Shown piece by piece: positions 6,556 through 9,236 of a stretch of 9,236 nt of DNA. The notes below the pieces were generated by a model. That model made no database searches, was not told the origin of the DNA, and saw only the letters and a list, made by a program, of their open reading frames with translations. This DNA is from Candidatus Methanoperedens sp. (GTDB lineage Archaea; Halobacteriota; Methanosarcinia; Methanosarcinales; Methanoperedenaceae), in assembly GCA_027460535.1 (NCBI GenBank), contig JAPZAR010000037.1, positions 1 through 9,236 on the forward strand. The letters run 5' to 3'. The translations under genes and the position numbers were made by a program. Position 1 is the stretch's first letter. Every line of letters starts with the position of its first letter.

Positions 6556-6567
6556 TTTATGCATAAA
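6556..6567. promoter_or_regulatory. 12-bp perfect palindrome TTTATGCATAAA, a TATA-like or possible operator site upstream of the vapBC-1 operon
   Basis: Read directly; it lies 48 nt upstream of ATG 6508. The function is inferred only. Confidence 0.3.
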
Positions 6568-6627
6568 AGACAGCTAAAATCACTCGGAAAAACAGCAGCG
6601 TTGGCAGTTTCTATGTATTCTTATCCC

Positions 6628-6759
6628 TTACAGCAACCATTGGCCGCAATGCTGCCCCGTGTGCACAAGCGCCTTCCCATGCTCCCCCCACAGTTCCCGG
6701 GAAAGCGGCGCGCACTTGATGAACTGGGGGCGGGCGACCACGATTGAGATGATTTTCAT
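6628..6759 (-). pseudogene. wecB: Decayed 5' fragment (C) of a UDP-GlcNAc 2-epimerase gene
   Basis: My translation: [43 protein letters not shown]. It matches the conserved epimerase N-terminus ([10 protein letters not shown]...HTGQHYD), but with G to V, HYD to HCG and a premature stop. It shares a 33-nt perfect run with fragment B (6704-6736 = 7282-7314). Confidence 0.75.
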
Positions 6760-6785
6760 ATTCTGCTCTTAGATATAACGCGGGA

Positions 6786-6793
6786 TATATAAA
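6786..6793 (-). promoter_or_regulatory. TATA box (TTTATATA) upstream of wecB fragment C
   Basis: Minus strand reads ccctaTTTATATAtcccgcgttatatctaagagcagaatATG. The TATA lies ~27-34 nt upstream of the ATG, implying a leaderless or very short-leader transcript. Confidence 0.5.
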
Positions 6794-6910
6794 TAGGGCG
6801 CTTTTGGACATTGCGGGGATCTTTGGGCTGGTGGTTGTCCCGGTTCTCACAGAGGGCCATGACTATGAAAATATATAGTTTTTAATTCAATTTATCATAA
6901 TCCCTATCAA

Positions 6911-7035
6911 CAAATCTGCGTTCATCATGCCGAAACCCTGCGGGTTCTCGACTCCGCGCACACGCATGGCGCAGCCATGCGTGGACACGCCCTCCAGAGG
7001 CGTGACTCTGGGCGCCTTCATCTGCGGTTTTTTTT
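6911..7035. repeat. Second filled AATCTGCG-TTCATC-TGCGG site (B1) carrying a 90-nt hairpin element (6927-7016) and ending in T8
   Basis: Layout is caaatctgcgTTCATC[atgccgaaaccc...ctctgggcgcc]TTCATCtgcggtttttttt. Hairpins are a perfect 10-bp stem cacgcatggc-gca-gccatgcgtg (6961-6983), ccagag-gcgtga-ctctgg (6994-7011) and cgaaaccc/gggttctcg (6931-6950). Confidence 0.65.
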
Positions 7036-7091
7036 CGTTCCGTAGGTTGTTTCGGCCTTTTACGAAGCGCCGAGACTGTTGAAACAATTAA

Positions 7092-7191
7092 TTAATGTAA
7101 TCAAACCTGCGTCTATCCGCGGTTTTTTAATTTACGCTATTGGTTGCCTGGGATTCCTATTGGCGCCGCCACAGTATAAAGATATACTTTA
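7092..7191. repeat. Repeat module copy B2 (empty version of the short-motif site, followed by the ctattggttgcctgggattcctattggcgcc block), abutting wecB fragment B
   Basis: ttaatgtaatcaaacctgcgTCTATCcgcggttttttaatttacgctattggttgcctgggattcctattggcgccgccacagtataaagatatacttta. It is collinear with copy A but lacks the 120-nt hairpin segment. Confidence 0.7.
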
Positions 7192-7337
7192 TGTATTCTT
7201 ATCCCATGCAGCAATCCATGGTCATAGTGCTGCCCCGTATGCACCAGTATCTCCTCATGTTCCCGTCGCAGTTCGCGTGATAGCGGCGCGCACTTGATGA
7301 ACTGGGGGCGGGCGCCCACGATGGAGATGAGCTTCAT
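7137..7337 (-). pseudogene. wecB: 5' fragment (B) of a UDP-GlcNAc 2-epimerase gene that reads out into the repeat module
   Basis: This is track ORF 7137..7337: [41 protein letters not shown]... Epimerase similarity is clear for about 41 aa (7215-7337). The frame then continues through repeat sequence to a stop at 7137. Confidence 0.8.
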
Positions 7338-7370
7338 TTGTGTATCTGGGTTCTTTTAACTATTGAAATG

Positions 7371-7378
7371 TATTTAAA
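7371..7378 (-). promoter_or_regulatory. Candidate TATA box (TTTAAATA) upstream of wecB fragment B
   Basis: Minus strand reads caTTTAAATAcatttcaatagttaaaagaacccagatacacaaATG. The TATA lies ~34 nt upstream of the ATG. Confidence 0.4.
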
Positions 7379-7591
7379 TGTGTTTACTATGGTGTATTGA
7401 TGGAGGGAAAACACATGTGCATCCGCGAAATTAGCGGCATCTGTGTTCTATTCTATTTTGATGGCATCTGTTCTTTTGTGAGCGGTGGTTGCTTGGGGTT
7501 CGTATCGTGCGCCGGGGATTTTATATATAGTATGTGATTATATTATCTTTTAATCTGCTTATCAGGTTTCTGAAGGTGGCGACAGGAATAT

Positions 7592-8104
7592 TCACGGTTT
7601 CCAGACAGTTATGCCTTCGATTCGCTCAAAATCGCTGTCGTTGGTCGCGATATCAGATATTGATTCATATTTCATTACAGCTATATGCAGAGCATCATGC
7701 GTTAAAAGCATGTTTGCCTTCGCAACATTAATACTGCTTTTAAAAACGTCCGGCGAGATCTCACGTACAGTTAGATTGTCTATCTCCTGTATTCTATCGA
7801 TATCTTTCCATGAAGCCTCAAGCAAAGGAATTTCTTTGTAATTTTTCTTCAAAAATGGAACTGTCTCTTTTATCGAAATCTGAAATTTATCTGATGCCTC
7901 GATTAAAATCATCTTATGGAGAACTTCATCAAGAACAAGTGTTGAAGTAACACCATCGATCGCTCCATTTTCAACATCTTTTAAAATTCTATATGCGCTT
8001 TCACTAAACTTCGGATGATCAAATACCTCATATAGAAAGATATTGGCATCAATGAAAACTCTTTTACCCGTTGGAATTATGCTTAATCCTCGTTTAAATC
8101 CCAT
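7592..8104 (-). CDS. vapC: PIN-domain toxin (VapC-like, 170 aa with an extended helical insert)
   Basis: Track ORF with KRVFIDANIFLYEV...LVLDEVLHKM...LLTHDALHIAVM...IATNDSDF, which gives the PIN acidic residues in the expected order. It overlaps the upstream AbrB-type gene by 22 nt. Confidence 0.8.
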   Translation of the reverse strand: MGFKRGLSIIPTGKRVFIDANIFLYEVFDHPKFSESAYRILKDVENGAIDGVTSTLVLDEVLHKMILIEASDKFQISIKETVPFLKKNYKEIPLLEASWKDIDRIQEIDNLTVREISPDVFKSSINVAKANMLLTHDALHIAVMKYESISDIATNDSDFERIEGITVWKP

Positions 8105-8316
8105 ATTTCAGCCAATATTATTTCATCGATCTTGTCCTTATTTTCAACTTTAATAGATCCTCTGAGTTCATCTACGATTGTCTGTTTCGATCTTCGGGAT
8201 TTTGGTCTTATTAAAATCTCATGTTTTTCGGTCAGAATTTCAAAGTTCTCAATACCGAGTTGCCTTAGCACTCCTTTTGGGATTAGAATTCCTTCTTTGA
8301 CCATCTTGATTTCCAT
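8083..8316 (-). CDS. vapB: AbrB/SpoVT-MazE-type antitoxin (VapB-like)
   Basis: This is track ORF 8083..8334, whose listed start is a GTG. I prefer ATG 8316, which has GAGG 8 nt upstream; ATG 8304 is also possible. The sequence MEIKMVKEGILIPKGVLRQLGIENFEILTEKHEILIRP is a swapped-hairpin AbrB-like N-terminus followed by an acidic/basic tail. Confidence 0.75.
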   Translation of the reverse strand: MEIKMVKEGILIPKGVLRQLGIENFEILTEKHEILIRPKSRRSKQTIVDELRGSIKVENKDKIDEIILAEIWDLNED

Positions 8317-8350
8317 TTTCAAATCCTCTAACACCAGTTAGATATTCAAT

Positions 8351-8358
8351 TTATATAA
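8351..8358 (-). promoter_or_regulatory. Candidate TATA box (TTATATAA) for vapBC-2
   Basis: The ccTTATATAAattg box is centred ~38 nt upstream of ATG 8316, consistent with a short leader. Confidence 0.45.
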
Positions 8359-8524
8359 GGTTCACGTAGCTTATCGTATGATTTTTTTAAGTATAGGAAA
8401 CTATAAGCACTTATTCCCATCTTGCGTATTGTTTTTTCTCAGGACAATTGATGTTCACAAGCATCTGTTACGACAAGGAATACTTTCACATTGCTTGCAT
8501 TGTCATCTATGAACCAAGTTCATC

Positions 8525-9236
8525 TCACTCAATATTATCGAAAACATTCAAAATCTTATTGCTTGCACTTTCGCCAGCACACATATTCTGCTGAATGCTT
8601 GTGGGAACCGGTTTTTGTACAGTCCCAATAATCCTGCCCTTATCCGCCCCCACCAGCACATTCCACCCACCCTCCAGCGTCTCCACCCACTCTGTATTCT
8701 CCCGCAGTGTGATGCACGGCACTCCCAGCACATACGCCTCCTTCTGAATACCTCCTGAATCGGTCAGTATCTTCTTCGCACTTGCCATAAGCTTAAGCAT
8801 ATCCAGATATCCCAGGGGCTTGATCAGCTTCACATTCTCAGGCATCAGCAGCCCATATTCCCTCAGATATTTCTCAGTCCTCGGATGCACAGGAAACACC
8901 ACAACTCCGCCAGTCTCACCCAGCGCCTCGATGATATTCGTCATGTTCTCCCTGCTGTCAGTGTTGCCAGGACGGTGTACTGTGATCACAAGATACTTAC
9001 CCTTCTCAAGCGCAAGCTCCTCGATTATTCCGGACTTTTTCTCGGCTATCTTCAGGTTATACTCAAGCGCATCCACCATCACATCCCCCACCAGGTACAC
9101 ACCTGCTGAAATACCTTCATTTGCCAGATTATCCACCGCAGTCTGTGTAGGGCAAAACAACAGGTCAGATATATGGTCTGTCAGCACCCTGTTGATTTCC
9201 TCGGGCATGCTCCTGTCAAAACTGCGCAATCCAGCT
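8525..9236 (-). CDS. wecB: UDP-N-acetylglucosamine 2-epimerase (non-hydrolysing), 5' end outside the window
   Basis: The frame is open to the right edge. It reads (E)AGLRSFDRSMPEEINRVLTDHISDLLFCPT...VTVHRPGNTD...FPVHPRTEKYL...KPLGYLDMLKLMASAKKILTDSGGIQKEAYVLGVPCITLRENTEWVETLEGGWNVLVG, which are hallmark epimerase motifs. The track's M at 9229 is actually a TTG (Leu) inside the AGLRSFDR motif. About 95 N-terminal residues are missing. Confidence 0.92.
   Translation of the reverse strand, partial: AGLRSFDRSMPEEINRVLTDHISDLLFCPTQTAVDNLANEGISAGVYLVGDVMVDALEYNLKIAEKKSGIIEELALEKGKYLVITVHRPGNTDSRENMTNIIEALGETGGVVVFPVHPRTEKYLREYGLLMPENVKLIKPLGYLDMLKLMASAKKILTDSGGIQKEAYVLGVPCITLRENTEWVETLEGGWNVLVGADKGRIIGTVQKPVPTSIQQNMCAGESASNKILNVFDNIE

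Noticed and set aside
7137-7215. The idea that the ctattggttgcctgggattcctattggcgcc module is the decayed continuation of the wecB coding sequence ([22 protein letters not shown] versus the expected ...GIPxPDYxLxxGSGxHGxQTG).
   Set aside because: Only a handful of spaced residues (G-I....Y.L, G..Q) agree, and a gap is needed. Copies A and D are not attached to any wecB sequence. This cannot be supported without a real alignment to the intact gene's missing 5' part, so it is left unresolved and not claimed.
6553-7297. Track ORFs 6553..6747+, 6611..6850-, 6887..7087- and 7079..7297+ in the repeat/wecB-fragment region.
   Set aside because: They are built from the antisense or out-of-frame reading of the wecB fragments and of the GC-rich hairpin repeats (for example ...GMMNADLLIG, ...KPASIRGF). 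The real signals there are the pseudogene fragments and the repeats.
7400-7537. A 45-aa Cys-rich small ORF on the plus strand (MEGKHMCIREISGICVLFYFDGICSFVSGGCLGFVSCAGDFIYSM).
   Set aside because: Its Cys codons come from tandem degenerate copies of the catctg(t/c)g short repeat. It has no RBS or promoter support and no known motif, so it is most likely fortuitous.
7534-8341. Plus-strand ORFs 7534..7731, 7611..7841 and 8132..8341, antisense to the vapBC-2 genes.
   Set aside because: They are Ser/Ile/Leu-rich antisense shadows of low-GC genes. A TATA-like ttttatatata at 7520-7530 could drive an antisense RNA, but there is no further evidence.
8548-9109. ORFs 8548..8733- and 8885..9109+ inside wecB.
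   Set aside because: They are out-of-frame or antisense readings of a GC-rich, strongly supported epimerase gene.

Overview
The window looks like a Methanosarcinales (probably Methanosarcina-like) archaeal chromosome segment. The assignment rests on a tandem DUF1608 S-layer-family protein and on TATA-box promoters. Every supportable gene is on the minus strand.

Left part (1-4612): a three-gene cell-surface operon.
- An 804-codon ORF (799 aa from the preferred start) for a signal-peptide protein. It has two tandem DUF1608 S-layer domains and an unassigned C-terminal domain, but no membrane anchor.
- A 195-aa secreted protein with a Thr/Ser-rich linker and a C-terminal PGx-hydrophobic-basic anchor.
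- A beta-helix/LamG surface protein that runs off the left edge and is therefore missing from the ORF track.

Middle (4613-5948): 1.3 kb with no credible ORF. It contains repeat modules and an AT-rich, iteron-like block.

Right part (5949-9236): an accessory mosaic. It holds two low-GC PIN-domain toxin-antitoxin cassettes (vapBC-like) and two promoter-bearing 5' fragments of a UDP-GlcNAc 2-epimerase (wecB) gene. It also holds several copies of a ~100-nt repeat module and hairpin-rich 90-120-nt elements inserted into a short conserved motif. A 5'-truncated but otherwise intact-looking wecB lies at the right edge.

Most interesting points:
- A filled-site versus empty-site comparison inside the window suggests vapBC-1 is a discrete ~0.8-kb insertion.
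- The hairpin elements show compensatory substitutions and may be MITE-like elements or small RNAs.
- The origin-like or operator-like AACTGTCAAA array.
- The anchor-less S-layer paralog operon.
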